Below, piece by piece: positions 40,613 to 52,697 of a stretch of DNA of 64,000 bases. Within the stretch, counting starts at the first letter, position 1. Every line of letters starts with the position of its first letter. Made by a program: the position numbers and the translations under genes. The notes below the pieces were generated by a model that searched no databases, had not been told where the DNA came from, and was given only the letters and a program-made list of their open reading frames with translations. This DNA comes from Clostridia bacterium. Its GTDB lineage: Bacteria; Bacillota; Clostridia; UBA1212; DUPL01. The stretch lies in the NCBI GenBank assembly GCA_050951325.1, contig JBMNIW010000003.1, positions 288,001-352,000 on the forward strand, read 5' to 3'.

Positions 40613-43567
40613 TTAATTCCTCTTTATCTCTTCCATTACAAAGCTTTCTACAATATCGCCAACTTTTATATCATTGTACTTCTCTATGGAAAGACCGCAT
40701 TCGTAACCTTGAACAACCTCTCGAACGTCATCCTTGAATCTCTTCAGTGATGCAAGAGAGCCTTCATGTATTACAATGCCTTCCCTTACAATCCTAACAC
40801 CTGAGTTCCTTGTAATCTTGCCCTGGATTACATATCCGCCTGCTATTGTACCAATGCCGGATACCTTGAAGATTTGCCTTACTTCAACCATTCCCTGTAC
40901 TACTTCCTTGTACTCGGGATCAAGCATACCCTTCATTGCAGTCTCGATATCCTCAATAGCGTCGTATATAACCCTGTAGAGACGGATATCAACACCAACG
41001 GATTCAGCATGGTCTGCCACATTTGGAGCTGGCCTTACGTTAAAACCAATAATTACGGCGTTTGATACTTCCGCCAAATTAACGTCGGAGTCGTTAACAG
41101 CACCAACAGCTCCATGGATAATGTTTATTCTTACCTCTTCATTACTGAGTTTCTCCAAGGACTGCTTGATGGCTTCCACGCTACCCTGTACGTCCGCCTT
41201 TACAATTACATTAAGATCCTTAATCTCGCCAGCCTGTATCTGCTCATACAGAGCATCCAAAGACACCCTGGAGCTTTGTCTAAGCTGCTTTTCCCTGAGT
41301 TCGCTCTTTCGTTTTTCAGTATAATGTTTCGCAAGCTGCTCGTCTTTTACTGCGTAGAAGAATTCACCTGCTTCAGGAACTTCGGGCAGACCTGTAATCT
41401 CAACAGGCGTTGATGGTCCCGCCTTCTTGAGAGGCTGACCTTTTTCGTCCGTCATGGTTCTGATTCTTCCGAAGGTAGTACCAGCAATTATGGAATCTCC
41501 AGGTTTCAAAGTACCTCTCTGCACCAGAAGTGTGGCAACAGGACCTCTATTCTTGTCAAGCTTCGCTTCAATAACAGTACCTTTTGGCTGGGAATTCGGA
41601 TTCGCCTTGAGTTCCATCAAGTCCGCTGTCAGAAGTACTGTCTCAAGCAGCTCATCAATATTCTGACCGAGTTTTGCAGAAACATTTACAAACGGCACGT
41701 CTCCTCCCCATTCATCGGAAACAACTCCATGCTCAGTAAGCTGCTGCTTTATTCTTTCCGGCTCAGCACCTACCTTGTCAATTTTATTGACTGCCACCAC
41801 CATTTGAACATTTGCGGCCTTGGCATGATTGATTGCCTCAATCGTCTGTGGCATCACGCCGTCATCCGCAGCCACAACCAAAATGGCAACGTCGGTTACC
41901 TGGGCACCTCTTGCTCTCATGGAGGTGAAGGCCTCGTGACCTGGTGTATCCAGGAATGTTATATGTCTTCCCTTTATCTTTACCATGTAAGCACCAATGT
42001 GCTGTGTAATACCACCTGCCTCCTTGTCCGTTACGCTGGTCTTGCGTATAGCGTCCAAAAGGGAGGTCTTTCCATGGTCGACGTGACCCATGACAACAAC
42101 CACCGGCGGACGAGCCTCCATACCTTCATCGTCTTCAGTGTCGTCAAACAGGATGTCTTCTGCAGTAACGGTAATTTCCTTTATTGCGTTTATTCCAAAC
42201 TCGGCAGCAACAATGGCAGCTGTATCAAAATCTATCTCCTGATTCAGATTTGCCATCACACCCATCAGCATCAGTTTTTTAATAACTTCAGCTCCGGTTT
42301 TCTTTATAGCTGCAGCAAAATCCTTAACAGTCATAAATTCAGGAAGCTTTACTTCTGTAAGCTGAGCAACAACTTGCTGCTGTTTCTGCTCCTGACCAGC
42401 CGACCTTCTGTTCTTTGCCTTCTTCTTTCTGCTTCCTCTGAAGGTTTCAGCTTCATCAAAATTATCAGCCCCCCTGAACTTTTCTCTGTGAGGTTTGGGC
42501 TGCGCCTTCTTGATCTCTTTTCTGGCCTGAGTGTCCACTACTTTGCCAGACTTTGTTTTTTTGCTTTCAGGTTTGACTACAGGTGGAGCATCAACAACGA
42601 TTTCCTTTTTGGCTTCAACCTTTGGTTCAACTTTAGGCTCGGCTTTGCGCTCTGCCTTTTGCTTCTTTTCAACAGGTTTCTCAGGCTTTTCTTCCTTTTT
42701 AGCAACTTTCTTAACTTCAGGTACAGGCTCCGGAGTTTTCTCCTCTACCTTTTCCTGAACTATAATTACTTCCGTCTTATCTACGACAGGCTCTTTCTCT
42801 TCCTTCTTCACTTCTTTTTTCGCAGTCTCAACCTTGACTTCCTTCTTCTTTTCTTCTTTCTTTTCAGCCTTCTTCTCTTCCTTTTCAGCTGCAGGCTTTG
42901 CAACAACTACATCTATCTTTTCCACTTCCGGAGTCTTTATGGTTGCACCCTTTTCCTGAGTTTTTTCTATTGCAGTACTTCCTTCCTGTTGTTTTCTCTT
43001 ATTTTTGCTTATCCTCTTGACCTTTGGCGCACTGGGTGCAGCCGCTGTCTGACTAGCAATTGTATGTTCTGCCTGTTTCTCCTCATTCTGAGCAGGCTCA
43101 TCCTTCTTTGCATCAGTATCCTGCAGCAAATATTCCAAATCGTCTTTTCCTCTTACTTCAAAACCTTGTCTCAAATCGGATGCGGCTACATTTCTGGTTC
43201 TTTTTCCACCCTTGCGCTTACTGCGCTTTTCATTGTCGTGGGATGTGGTGCTATTATCCCTTACGGTCTCTGAATCCGAATCAACAATGATGCGCCTCAG
43301 AATAACACCTTTTGTAGAGGAACTTGGAGACACCTGGGTAATCAACCTTTTCCCGTCCTTGCCTTCCTCAACTTCCTTATTAGTCGATTTGGCAGAATCG
43401 GGTTGATACCCCACATGTTCATAAAACCTTTGGAGCTCTTCACCTTCCAAATAGCTCATATGGCTCTTTGGATAAATATCTATCTCACTAAGTTTCTCCA
43501 TTATCCTTGCACTTGTCGTTTTCATCTGCTTTGCCAAATCGCAGACCTTAATCTTGTTATTGTCCAA
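40613..43567 (-). CDS. infB: Translation initiation factor IF-2
   Basis: [30 protein letters not shown]; TTG start after GGAGGT chosen. Confidence 0.97.
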   Translation of the reverse strand: MDNNKIKVCDLAKQMKTTSARIMEKLSEIDIYPKSHMSYLEGEELQRFYEHVGYQPDSAKSTNKEVEEGKDGKRLITQVSPSSSTKGVILRRIIVDSDSETVRDNSTTSHDNEKRSKRKGGKRTRNVAASDLRQGFEVRGKDDLEYLLQDTDAKKDEPAQNEEKQAEHTIASQTAAAPSAPKVKRISKNKRKQQEGSTAIEKTQEKGATIKTPEVEKIDVVVAKPAAEKEEKKAEKKEEKKKEVKVETAKKEVKKEEKEPVVDKTEVIIVQEKVEEKTPEPVPEVKKVAKKEEKPEKPVEKKQKAERKAEPKVEPKVEAKKEIVVDAPPVVKPESKKTKSGKVVDTQARKEIKKAQPKPHREKFRGADNFDEAETFRGSRKKKAKNRRSAGQEQKQQQVVAQLTEVKLPEFMTVKDFAAAIKKTGAEVIKKLMLMGVMANLNQEIDFDTAAIVAAEFGINAIKEITVTAEDILFDDTEDDEGMEARPPVVVVMGHVDHGKTSLLDAIRKTSVTDKEAGGITQHIGAYMVKIKGRHITFLDTPGHEAFTSMRARGAQVTDVAILVVAADDGVMPQTIEAINHAKAANVQMVVAVNKIDKVGAEPERIKQQLTEHGVVSDEWGGDVPFVNVSAKLGQNIDELLETVLLTADLMELKANPNSQPKGTVIEAKLDKNRGPVATLLVQRGTLKPGDSIIAGTTFGRIRTMTDEKGQPLKKAGPSTPVEITGLPEVPEAGEFFYAVKDEQLAKHYTEKRKSELREKQLRQSSRVSLDALYEQIQAGEIKDLNVIVKADVQGSVEAIKQSLEKLSNEEVRINIIHGAVGAVNDSDVNLAEVSNAVIIGFNVRPAPNVADHAESVGVDIRLYRVIYDAIEDIETAMKGMLDPEYKEVVQGMVEVRQIFKVSGIGTIAGGYVIQGKITRNSGVRIVREGIVIHEGSLASLKRFKDDVREVVQGYECGLSIEKYNDIKVGDIVESFVMEEIKRN

Positions 43568-43856
43568 TAGCTCCACCTCCGTGTTTTTCAATATATTCCT
43601 TAATCTCTTCCACAAGCCTGTCATAAACTTCATTATCTATATGCACCTTAAATTCCTTTTCCAACTTGCGAGCCTTTCGCATCATATCAACGCAATCAAG
43701 ATTCGGGCAGGTGTACGCACCCCGACCATTTTTACGTCCCGTAGGATCAAAGTGCATGTTACCTTCCTTGTCCCTAACTATCCTGTACAACTCTCTCTTT
43801 GGTTTTGACACATTGCAACCGATGCACTTACGCATCGGCACTTTTTTCATTTTCAT
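43557..43856 (-). CDS. ylxR: YlxR family RNA-binding protein
   Basis: [15 protein letters not shown]. Confidence 0.92.
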   Translation of the reverse strand: MKMKKVPMRKCIGCNVSKPKRELYRIVRDKEGNMHFDPTGRKNGRGAYTCPNLDCVDMMRKARKLEKEFKVHIDNEVYDRLVEEIKEYIEKHGGGAIGQ

Positions 43857-43906
43857 AATCTCCAAGCACCCCTATCCTGATTTAATGTACACAAGCGAAA
43901 AGTAAT

Positions 43907-45115
43907 TTACTGCATATCCGTCTCCTCGCCGCTCATTTCATCATTTCCATCATCGCCTGAAAGGGTAATAACCTGTGCTCCTTCATCATCCGAACTGTAG
44001 TCGATATATTCATCGTCGCTTGGTGAACCGGCAAAGAGTTCCTCTTCGATAGTAGCCCTTATCTGAGACTCGCTCTTTATGTCAATTTTCCATCCTGTCA
44101 GCTTTGCAGCAAGTCTCACATTCTGACCTTCCTTGCCAATTGCCAATGACAGCTGATTGTCCGGCACTATAACTGTCGCTGTTTTTTCACTCTCGTCAGC
44201 AAATACCTTGATTACTTTTGCAGGACTCAGACTATTTGCAATCAGCTCATCAGGAGTCGCACTCCATTTAATAATATCTATTCTCTCGCCCTTCAGCTCG
44301 TCACAGATTACCTGGACTCTTGTCCCCTTCTGACCAACACATGCGCCAATGGGCTCCACATTCTCGTCATGGGAATATACGGATATCTTGGTTCTTGAAC
44401 CGGGTTCCCTGGCAATATTTTTGATTTCAACAATACCTTCCTGTATCTCTGGCACCTCCAGCTCAAACAGGCGCTTTACAAGGCCTGGGTGAGTTCTGGA
44501 TATTAAAATTACAGGATCCTTGTTGGTCTTCTTTACTTCAAGGACATAAGCTTTTATCCTCTCATGCATATGGTAGTTCTCACCATCCACCTGCTCTGAT
44601 TGCAAAAGTTTTGCCTCGATTTTACCCAGTTCCACATATATTGTTTTTTCTCCTCGGTTATTCCTCTCAATTCTCTGTACTGTACCGCTGATAATATCCT
44701 TCTCTTTAGTCTTGTACAATTCATACAACTGATTTCTTTCTTCCTCGCGTATTTTCTGTATGATAATTTGCTTGGCTTTCTGAGCAGCAAGCCTGCCAAA
44801 GTTCCTGGTTGTTATCTCAAACTCAGCCACATCGTCAACCTCAAATTCCGGATCCATCTTTCTTGCTTCCTCAAGGGAAAGTTCAGTTGCAGGATCAGTA
44901 ACCTCGTCCACGACAACCTTTCTCTCATAGCACCTTATTTCGCCTGTTTCACGGTTGAATTCAACTCTAGTATTTCTTCCCTTAGGCATTCCAGGCTCCG
45001 ATGCTCTGCTAATGGAGGTATTTAAAGCATCCTCTATAGCTTTAATAATGATCTCCTTATCAATTCCTTTGTCTTTTTCAAGTTCATTCAACGCATACAG
45101 CAATTCAGCACTCAT
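43907..45115 (-). CDS. nusA: Transcription factor NusA
   Basis: FGRLAAQKAKQ, SRTHP, AREPGSRTK, AIGKEGQNVRLAAKLTGW. Confidence 0.97.
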   Translation of the reverse strand: MSAELLYALNELEKDKGIDKEIIIKAIEDALNTSISRASEPGMPKGRNTRVEFNRETGEIRCYERKVVVDEVTDPATELSLEEARKMDPEFEVDDVAEFEITTRNFGRLAAQKAKQIIIQKIREEERNQLYELYKTKEKDIISGTVQRIERNNRGEKTIYVELGKIEAKLLQSEQVDGENYHMHERIKAYVLEVKKTNKDPVILISRTHPGLVKRLFELEVPEIQEGIVEIKNIAREPGSRTKISVYSHDENVEPIGACVGQKGTRVQVICDELKGERIDIIKWSATPDELIANSLSPAKVIKVFADESEKTATVIVPDNQLSLAIGKEGQNVRLAAKLTGWKIDIKSESQIRATIEEELFAGSPSDDEYIDYSSDDEGAQVITLSGDDGNDEMSGEETDMQ

Positions 45116-45134
45116 TTACTTAACTCCCTTCAAC

Positions 45135-45605
45135 TCAATCAAATTTAATTGCTCTTTTTACTTTGGAAACATTTTTCATGTCAAACTCCAGCACGTTTGA
45201 CTTCTCATCTGTGATTTTCAACACGTCTCCGTAAAGTCCGTCAAGATAACCTTCATATGTCTTTCTACCTTCCACCTGCGTGTATAACCTGACCTCAACC
45301 AAATGACCTTCATATCGCTTGAAGTCCTTTTCCGTCTTCAGCGGCCTGTCAATACCAGGTGAAGATACTTCAAACACATATGATTCCTGTATTGGGTCAA
45401 GTTCGTCGATCATAGGGCCGATTGCCTTGGCAACCATTTCACAGTCGTCAATCGTCACTCCGCCCCTTTTGTCGATATATACCCTCAGGTATTTTCTAGA
45501 ACCTTCCTTTACATATTCTACATCAATCAAATCTATGTTCATTTTCTCAATTTCAGACTCAACTAGATTTTTAACTGTTGCTGCAATTTTCGACATCTTA
45601 CGCAC
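45135..45605 (-). CDS. rimP: Ribosome maturation factor RimP
   Basis: LRVYIDK, IDDC, EVSSPGIDRPL. Confidence 0.96.
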   Translation of the reverse strand: MRKMSKIAATVKNLVESEIEKMNIDLIDVEYVKEGSRKYLRVYIDKRGGVTIDDCEMVAKAIGPMIDELDPIQESYVFEVSSPGIDRPLKTEKDFKRYEGHLVEVRLYTQVEGRKTYEGYLDGLYGDVLKITDEKSNVLEFDMKNVSKVKRAIKFD

Positions 45606-45624
45606 CTACTTTAAAATTTAAAAT

Positions 45625-45650
45625 GAAAGAGTGGGACCTCCCACTCTTTC
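45625..45650 (-). promoter_or_regulatory. rimP leader hairpin
   Basis: gaaagagtggg-acct-cccactctttc perfect 11-bp stem just upstream of rimP. Confidence 0.7.
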
Positions 45651-45725
45651 GTCACTGTTGATATAGCAACTATACAACTAGTATTATACACATTGTATCA
45701 AATAAAGTCAATGATAATTTTGACG

Positions 45726-45983
45726 TCAGTTATACCGTTTTAAGAACCTTTCCTCAATATCAACAATAATTATATCTTCGCCTATCCTTTTTATTTTGCT
45801 AAACGGAATAACTAGCTCATTATCCTTTCCAAGTCCGCCAAAAAGCTTTGTGGTTCCGCCCACCACAATAGCTTCAATTCTGCCTGTCTCAAAACTGACA
45901 TCACAATCGCAGACATAACCAAGTCTTCTGCCATCGGATAAATTGATTACCTCTTTCTTTTGAAATGAGCTGACCCTGCCCAC
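45726..45983 (-). CDS. ylmC: YlmC/YmxH family sporulation protein (PRC barrel)
   Basis: KEVINLSDGRRLG, IPFSKIKRIGEDIIIV; after sigG. Confidence 0.88.
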   Translation of the reverse strand: MGRVSSFQKKEVINLSDGRRLGYVCDCDVSFETGRIEAIVVGGTTKLFGGLGKDNELVIPFSKIKRIGEDIIIVDIEERFLKRYN

Positions 45984-46030
45984 AACAATCCCTCCGTATG
46001 CTTGAGGCACAACTCATCCTTTGGCTTTAC

Positions 46031-46807
46031 TCACACTACGTATTTCCTCATACTCTTCAATGCATTTTTTTCAAGCCTGGATACTTGTGCCTGACTTATT
46101 CCTATTTCCTCCGCAACCTCCATCTGGGTCCTGCCTTCGAAGAACCTCATATCGATTATGAGCCTTTCTCTTTTTCCAAGTCTGTCAAGCGCATTACTCA
46201 AAGTCATGTTCTGCTCCCAAACATGGTTGCTGACATTGTCATCCTTAATCTGATCCAGCACGCATATGGATTCCGTTCCATCCTGGAATATAGGATCATA
46301 CAAGGAGATTGTGTCCTGAATGGAATCCATCGCCATTACCAGTTCCTCTCTTGATATATCCATATCCTTCGCTATTTCAGATATGGTAGGTTCCCTGTTG
46401 CTCTCATTAAACAATCTTTCCCTTACATGCAGGGCCTTGTATGCGGTATCCCTTAACGACCTTGATACCCTTATCGCGTTATTATCCCTAAGATACCTGC
46501 GTATTTCCCCAATTATCATAGGTACCGCATACGTTGAGAACTGTACATTCTGCGTCACATCAAAATTATCTATAGCTTTAATCAGGCCGATACATCCGAC
46601 CTGGAACAAATCATCTACCTGTTCACCTTTGTTGTTGAAGCGCTGAATCACACTTAAAACTAGTCTGAGGTTACCTTTTATAAATTCTTCCCTTGCCTTT
46701 TCATCGCCTTGAAGAATCCTTTCGAAAAGTTCCTTCTTTTGCTGATTGCTCAAAATGGGAAGTTTTGACGTATTTACTCCACATATTTCAACCTTGTTAA
46801 TTATCAT
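46031..46807 (-). CDS. sigG: Forespore sigma factor G
   Basis: NKVEICGVNTSKLP, DDLFQVGCIGL, QAQVSRLEK; start at the ATG after GGAGGT. Confidence 0.97.
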   Translation of the reverse strand: MIINKVEICGVNTSKLPILSNQQKKELFERILQGDEKAREEFIKGNLRLVLSVIQRFNNKGEQVDDLFQVGCIGLIKAIDNFDVTQNVQFSTYAVPMIIGEIRRYLRDNNAIRVSRSLRDTAYKALHVRERLFNESNREPTISEIAKDMDISREELVMAMDSIQDTISLYDPIFQDGTESICVLDQIKDDNVSNHVWEQNMTLSNALDRLGKRERLIIDMRFFEGRTQMEVAEEIGISQAQVSRLEKNALKSMRKYVV

Positions 46808-46933
46808 GACGAACCTCCGAATACTTAGTTTGACACGGGAACATTTTTGCCCCTTCTTTTTTAGATTATTGCCATCGGAAGTTCTTTTAATACGGAAACT
46901 GATTGTTAAACATTTACTCAAAAAATTATGTAC

Positions 46934-47686
46934 TTATGACATTTTTAATATCTCTTTTCTAAGTCTGTTAATTATTCTTTTTTCCAGTCTGGAAATATAT
47001 GACTGAGAAATACCAAGCATGTCGGCAACCTCTTTCTGCGTTCTTTCCTCACCACCTGTAAGTCCAAATCTTAAATCCATAATCCTTTTTTCCCTGACAC
47101 TGAGTTTTTTAAGCGCTTCCTTCAAAAGCTGATGGTCCACTTCCTCGTCAATTTTCTTGTGTACACCCTCCACGTCACCAGGGAGAATATCAGACAATAA
47201 AAGCTCGTTTCCATCCCAGTCCACCTTCAAAGGTTCGTCAATCGATATCTCAAGTTTCTGTCTGTTGCTCCTTCTTAAATACATAAGTATCTCATTTTCT
47301 ATGCATCTTGACGCATAAGTTGCAAGTTTGATGTTTTTTTCAGGCGCAAACGTATTGATTGCCTTAATCAAACCGATCGTGCCTATTGAAACAAGATCCT
47401 CAATGTTCACATTTGTGTTCTCAAATTTTTTTGCAATGTATACCACAAGTCTGAGATTGTGCTCAATAAGTATGGTCCTTACATCCATGTCCTTGTCGTC
47501 GAAATGCGCCAGAAGATAGCTTTCCTCCTCGTTTGACAAAGGAGGCGGAAGCATATCCGGCCCTCCCACATAGAATATGGGCATAGAGCTGCCAAGTCCC
47601 AAAAAACGCCTTATCTTGTTTCTTATCACAAACAACCTGTACTTGATTACAAAACCTTTCACCTTAAGCTTGTTAAAGTCCATCAT
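46934..47686 (-). CDS. sigE: Pro-sigma E
   Basis: Pro-sequence, [39 protein letters not shown]. Confidence 0.97.
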   Translation of the reverse strand: MMDFNKLKVKGFVIKYRLFVIRNKIRRFLGLGSSMPIFYVGGPDMLPPPLSNEEESYLLAHFDDKDMDVRTILIEHNLRLVVYIAKKFENTNVNIEDLVSIGTIGLIKAINTFAPEKNIKLATYASRCIENEILMYLRRSNRQKLEISIDEPLKVDWDGNELLLSDILPGDVEGVHKKIDEEVDHQLLKEALKKLSVREKRIMDLRFGLTGGEERTQKEVADMLGISQSYISRLEKRIINRLRKEILKMS

Positions 47687-47711
47687 GCCTATTCTCCCCC
47701 TCTTTTGTATA

Positions 47712-48614
47712 TCAGGCTACCAATTCCGGAGCCAAAAGCGCACTGTATTTGTTGTCTTCCGATAACTGTTTGTCATAAAGGCAAACAATCACATCCCTAA
47801 CATCTTTTTTCTCCTGCCCCAAGTCGTCAATCTCGATATAGTCGGGCTTGAACCCAGGCAGCATTCCATTTTCGCACCCTATGGAGCGGTAAGGCACAAT
47901 CCTGAACCTGCTTATCCAGCCCGATTCCAACAGAGATGAATCTACATGCCCAAGACCCAATCCCTGTTTTGACAATAACTCTCTTATTTTCTCAGGAATC
48001 AATGACGAAACCGCTTTAGCCTCCACTATTACCACGGGATATCCTGATATGGGATCTCTTAGCTCATTTCCGGTATCCACAAGGGCAGGAACCCAAACTC
48101 CGTTTCCGTCAATGGCAATGTACAAACTTACAAAACAATCGCTGGCTCTTGATCTTTCCCTTATGTATCTTATGAATCTCCCAAACAAAAACATGCCAAT
48201 GGCTGCAGTGGGGACTATGTAGTTAACAGGAAAATCCCAATTCAGATACATGAATCCTTCCTTTGTAACACCTCCCATGCCTCCAAGCATGATAAGCGCA
48301 AAGGCGCTGCCTGCGAATATGAAAGTGACGACATAGAATGTTATCAGCGTTTTTATGAATTCCCCAAGGCGTTTTGGATTGAAAGCTATGGCAACAATGA
48401 GCATGGACAAGGATGCCTTGCCAAGGACAACCAGCGAGGTTTTTGCAGAGCTCATAAACACAAGGCTCAGGACTGTATACAAGACACCTATTGAGGCCCC
48501 TACAAGATACCTTGGAATGTTGTGTTTTGATTTCAAAAAAAGCGAAGTTGCGTATAGTATAAGGTAGTTCATTATGAGGTTCTCAATAATGAGGATGTCA
48601 AGGTACACTTCCAT
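47712..48614 (-). CDS. spoIIGA: Pro-sigma E processing peptidase
   Basis: VYLD...NLIMNY, multi-[13 protein letters not shown]. Confidence 0.95.
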   Translation of the reverse strand: MEVYLDILIIENLIMNYLILYATSLFLKSKHNIPRYLVGASIGVLYTVLSLVFMSSAKTSLVVLGKASLSMLIVAIAFNPKRLGEFIKTLITFYVVTFIFAGSAFALIMLGGMGGVTKEGFMYLNWDFPVNYIVPTAAIGMFLFGRFIRYIRERSRASDCFVSLYIAIDGNGVWVPALVDTGNELRDPISGYPVVIVEAKAVSSLIPEKIRELLSKQGLGLGHVDSSLLESGWISRFRIVPYRSIGCENGMLPGFKPDYIEIDDLGQEKKDVRDVIVCLYDKQLSEDNKYSALLAPELVA

Positions 48615-48655
48615 CCAAAACACCTCCTGTCATATATTATTCTGATTGTGGATAC

Positions 48656-48679
48656 ATTATACCTGTTTGAATTGTCGAA
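48656..48679 (-). promoter_or_regulatory. spoIIG promoter: TATAAT -10 and a Spo0A box
   Basis: TGTCGAA at 48673-48679; TATAAT on the minus strand at 48661-48656. Confidence 0.7.
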
Positions 48680-48702
48680 AATAGACGAGTTTTTTCGCAT
48701 AT

Positions 48703-48733
48703 AAAAAAAACAGTGTGAATAAATATCACACTG
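48703..48733 (-). terminator. Intrinsic terminator after ftsZ
   Basis: cagtgtga/tcacactg stem followed by a T8 tract on the minus strand. Confidence 0.75.
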
Positions 48734-48808
48734 CATTTATGCCAATTGGGTATTAAAAGAAGGCTTTAATCAACCCTCTTTGGGAAATATTTCTAACGGA
48801 CACAATAA

Positions 48809-49972
48809 TTATCTTCTTGACTTGCGCAAGAATGGAGGAACCTCGTAGTCATCATCCAAGGATCTTCTTGGAGTCTGTCTTTGCTGCGATGGATTGGATG
48901 CAAAGCTCTCTTTTGCTTGAGAGCCTGCAAGTCCGCTATCAGCGCTGCCAAAGCTTGAATAGCTTGGAGTTTTTGCTTGCTGTGGTGGCAGAATCTCCTC
49001 AGGCATGGTATCTTCAATCTCGTCGAAACCTGCTGCAATAACAGTAACCTGCATCTCGTCATTCATTTCTTCGCCTGCGTCATATGTTCCTATGATTATC
49101 TGTGCGTCAAGATCAACCTTTTCATATACAACATTTGAGATATTCGCCATCTCCTGCATATTCAGTTTGTCTCCGTAGAAGTTAATTAATACAGCTTTTG
49201 CTCCATCTATGCTTGTTTCAAGCAGAGGATTCTGTATTGCTCTAAGCAAAGCTTCTTCGCTTCTGTTCTTTCCGGAAGCGCGTCCCACACCCATATGGAC
49301 AATACCACGGTTTGACATGGTTGCCTTTACGTCTGCAAAGTCCACGTTTACATAACCAACTTTTGTGATTATGTCGCATATTCCCCTTACAGACTGGTAA
49401 AGGATGTCGTCAACCAGTTTGAAGGCATTGTCTATAGTGACTTTCTCATCCACAACCTTCAGAATGTTGTCATTAGGAATCACAACCAGTGAGTCAACGC
49501 ACTCCTTAAGCTTTTCAATACCCATTAGGGCATTTTGCATTTTTCTACGACCTTCAAAAGAAAATGGTTTTGTCACAACACCAACTGTCAGAATTCCCAT
49601 TTCCTTCGCAATGGACGCTACAACCGGAGCAGCACCGGTACCGGTACCTCCGCCCATTCCCGCTGTAATGAATATCATGTCCACGCCTTTCAAACATGCA
49701 ACAATGTCATCATGGCTTTCATTTGCCGCCTTTTCTCCTATCTCAGGATTTGCTCCGGCACCAAGACCTCTTGTAAGTTTTTCACCAAGCTGGATTTTTA
49801 TTTTCGTTTTGGATTTCAGGAGCACATGCTTGTCCGTATTCATGCAAACAAAATCGACATTGGTCATATCCGAACTGGACATCCTGTCAACGGCGTTGTT
49901 TCCTCCCCCACCTATTCCAATAACCATTAATTTTGCGTCCTTACCTTCTTCGCTATCGTATTCTATACCCAA
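48809..49972 (-). CDS. ftsZ: Cell division protein FtsZ
   Basis: [24 protein letters not shown]-terminal VPPFLR. Confidence 0.98.
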   Translation of the reverse strand: MGIEYDSEEGKDAKLMVIGIGGGGNNAVDRMSSSDMTNVDFVCMNTDKHVLLKSKTKIKIQLGEKLTRGLGAGANPEIGEKAANESHDDIVACLKGVDMIFITAGMGGGTGTGAAPVVASIAKEMGILTVGVVTKPFSFEGRRKMQNALMGIEKLKECVDSLVVIPNDNILKVVDEKVTIDNAFKLVDDILYQSVRGICDIITKVGYVNVDFADVKATMSNRGIVHMGVGRASGKNRSEEALLRAIQNPLLETSIDGAKAVLINFYGDKLNMQEMANISNVVYEKVDLDAQIIIGTYDAGEEMNDEMQVTVIAAGFDEIEDTMPEEILPPQQAKTPSYSSFGSADSGLAGSQAKESFASNPSQQRQTPRRSLDDDYEVPPFLRKSRR

Positions 49973-50031
49973 GATGTTTACCCCCTTATTTATCTCTGTT
50001 TAGGTAACAGAGATATTATATCATATTATTA

Positions 50032-51300
50032 TCATTCTTTGAAACTGGAAGCCCAGTCTTTTAACTTGTCCATAAACTTCGCAAAGCCGCTTTTTTCCTT
50101 GCTCTTTACAGCGGTTACATTTTCCTTGAGAAATACTCTCTCAAAGACCGATTCCTTTCTTCCCAAAGGAAGCTGCATTGCAATGTACATTAGCATTCCG
50201 CTTGCATTTGTGAAAACACTCTTCATGCCTGTCAACCTACTGAAATCAATAGGTGCAAACTTTGTTTCAAATATGCTTTCACTCACTTTGTCGACGCCTT
50301 TAAACTTTGTTATGCCGTCTCCTGTCAGTATTACCCTGTCAATATATTGTGTTTCCACATCCTCTTCCTCAAGCCTGTCCTTGACAATTTCAAAAATATT
50401 CTCAATTCTGGCCTGCATTACTTCCACAATTTGTGCAACTTTCAATATTTCCTGGGTGCCGGATTCCAGTGAAAATATTGCGACATCTATATTATTAGAC
50501 AAAACTTCCAAAGTTGCAAGAGGGTAATCTTTTTTTATTGTTTCGGCTTCACTTAGAGATATTTTGAAAACCTGCGCCAAATCATTCGTGATGCTGTCTC
50601 CACCAACAGGTACAGCTCCGAATAAAAACGGTTTTCCCTTGTAGTAAATGACGTATTCAGTAACCTGCCCACCTACGTCTACCAATAGAGTGCTTTGTTC
50701 TTCCTCATCTACTTCAGACTCGGACAACAGCTCTCCCATGGCCATAAAAAATGGAACATAACCATCCACCTGAAGACCAGCATTGTTAACACAGGCAGTG
50801 AGTTTTTCAATATATTCCTTTGAACCAAGAACAACTTTTGCCTCTACACTTAATTTGTTTCCCACAAGTCCCAATGGGTCGTTTTCAGGCTTTCCATCTA
50901 CATAATATGTTAACGGGATGATATCGACGAGCAGCTCATCATCGTAAATTTCCACACTTGCGGTTTTGTCAAGAACCTGTCCAACATGAGCAGATGTAAT
51001 ATCGCCTTCATTATCTGAAATATCTATTGAGTCTGAATTACTTAGGAATTTAAGACAATCACCTGAAATACTTATATATGCGGTTTTAATAATTATTCCT
51101 GTTTGATCCCTGATTTTCTTCAACGCTGATTTAATTGAATCAGTAAGTAGACTTTCATCTTCGATTTCAAACTTTTTTCTTGCGTTTGACGAAACTTGGG
51201 ATTTTGCAATTATATGTGGTATTCCTGTTTCATTAATTTTGGCAACAAGTATTCTTATGCCTGTGGTACCAATATCTATGACAGCTACTTGCTTGCTCAT
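50032..51300 (-). CDS. ftsA: Cell division protein FtsA
   Basis: IDIGTT, VDVGG, VGGDSITNDLA, AETIK; upstream of ftsZ. Confidence 0.9.
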   Translation of the reverse strand: MSKQVAVIDIGTTGIRILVAKINETGIPHIIAKSQVSSNARKKFEIEDESLLTDSIKSALKKIRDQTGIIIKTAYISISGDCLKFLSNSDSIDISDNEGDITSAHVGQVLDKTASVEIYDDELLVDIIPLTYYVDGKPENDPLGLVGNKLSVEAKVVLGSKEYIEKLTACVNNAGLQVDGYVPFFMAMGELLSESEVDEEEQSTLLVDVGGQVTEYVIYYKGKPFLFGAVPVGGDSITNDLAQVFKISLSEAETIKKDYPLATLEVLSNNIDVAIFSLESGTQEILKVAQIVEVMQARIENIFEIVKDRLEEEDVETQYIDRVILTGDGITKFKGVDKVSESIFETKFAPIDFSRLTGMKSVFTNASGMLMYIAMQLPLGRKESVFERVFLKENVTAVKSKEKSGFAKFMDKLKDWASSFKE

Positions 51301-51426
51301 CGTATCAACACTCCTTAACAATCACAACAATTATAACCTGTATTGGAAGAGACAGTTTACGACAATTGAATGCTCAGCGATAATTATACATAATTTAAAC
51401 ACTTTTTTCAACAATCAATACAACTA

Positions 51427-51771
51427 TTATTTGCCTTTTTTCGTATATTTATCTAATGTCAGCCTCCTTATTGTGGCAAAGTTGTCAAACAACCTGTTTC
51501 CGAATGCAAAAATTGCAGCCATGTATAAAGGAAGTCCCATCTGATCACCTATATATGCAAGGGCCATTGCCAGAAGAGAGTTGCCAAAGAAGCCTGACAA
51601 AAACACCTTGATATTGAACCTGCCCTGCAGCACCGCAACAACCCCCCCAAATACAGTATCGAATACTGCCAGAATACCTACTGCTACGTATGTTGAATAT
51701 TCAGACGGTATGCTGAACGGCATGAGTATTCCAATTATAAGGCCCAATATAAGTCCTAAGATCGGTATCAT
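51427..51771 (-). CDS. sbp: Small basic protein (DUF1290)
   Basis: DTVFGG, FLSGFFGN, AAIFAFGNRLFDNFATIRR. Confidence 0.9.
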   Translation of the reverse strand: MIPILGLILGLIIGILMPFSIPSEYSTYVAVGILAVFDTVFGGVVAVLQGRFNIKVFLSGFFGNSLLAMALAYIGDQMGLPLYMAAIFAFGNRLFDNFATIRRLTLDKYTKKGK

Positions 51772-51848
51772 TTTTTCTCCTCTCATCCCATGGAAAATAT
51801 ATATTTTCTTTATTATACAGAATTATATAAATAAAATAAACCCCTTTT

Positions 51849-52625
51849 TCATTCATTATGCCTAAAAACTGGATAACCTCCACCCGAAAAGTCAATTATA
51901 CCGTCCGATTCACCATTAAAACCAGCATTAAGTATCTCTTTAAGATAAGAAAGCTTCAAACCTGGCTCCTCCATGTCCCCAAACTTAACAGAAAGAGACG
52001 GATGGGTATAAAACCAGATATCGTCCGAATCACTTACATCAATAATATCTATCCTGCCTTCGTGAATAGACAGCTGTTTAAGCAGGTTGCATATCTTTAT
52101 AGCGGTATCAACTCTTTTGTCCTCCGATTTTGTAATGGGCTGCCCTACTTTGTAACTATCAAGCTCTATCCCCTGCACTATGGGCAGATTTGGTTTCTCA
52201 TCCTCTTCAGTAAAAGTTGAAAGCAAATATCCTTCCGAATCAATATAAAGGTACACGCTGCGTTCTTTTAGGAGAAATATGGGGATTCTTTCCTTTGTAT
52301 TCACCACAACCTTGTTTGGAAAACGATAACTTATACTCACATCTCTTAAATAAGGGCATTCAAAAACAAGCTTGTCTTCAAGCTCGTCCAATTGGAAGGA
52401 TAAAATACTTTCCGACTGGGACAAAGACTTGTGCTTGAGAATCTCCGAAAATCCGTTCTTACCAATTAAACCAGCAAGATGCACGTAAACCTCCTTCTCG
52501 TCGTAGTATTCCATTGGCATGATTTCAATCTCCTTTATATTAAACAAAGGCGAAAAGAAGAAAGCAATAACTACGGATATGAATAATATGAGGATTACAA
52601 TAATCCTGACACCCTTGCGATTCAA
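51849..52625 (-). CDS. ftsQ: FtsQ/DivIB
   Basis: N-terminal TM, SPLFNIKEI, FPNKVVVNTKER, IDSEG; extended -10 TGATATAAT at 52671-52663. Confidence 0.85.
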   Translation of the reverse strand: MNRKGVRIIVILILFISVVIAFFFSPLFNIKEIEIMPMEYYDEKEVYVHLAGLIGKNGFSEILKHKSLSQSESILSFQLDELEDKLVFECPYLRDVSISYRFPNKVVVNTKERIPIFLLKERSVYLYIDSEGYLLSTFTEEDEKPNLPIVQGIELDSYKVGQPITKSEDKRVDTAIKICNLLKQLSIHEGRIDIIDVSDSDDIWFYTHPSLSVKFGDMEEPGLKLSYLKEILNAGFNGESDGIIDFSGGGYPVFRHNE

Positions 52626-52697
52626 AAAGCTACCGCCTTTCCCAAAAAAATTTATCGCCAATATTATATCACAAATTCCATAGTATTGCTTTTGATT

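Noticed and set aside
41729-43273. 514-aa ORF on the + strand
   Set aside because: Antisense shadow of infB, largely its Lys/Glu-rich region; no recognisable motifs. The same applies to the other short antisense ORFs in the track.
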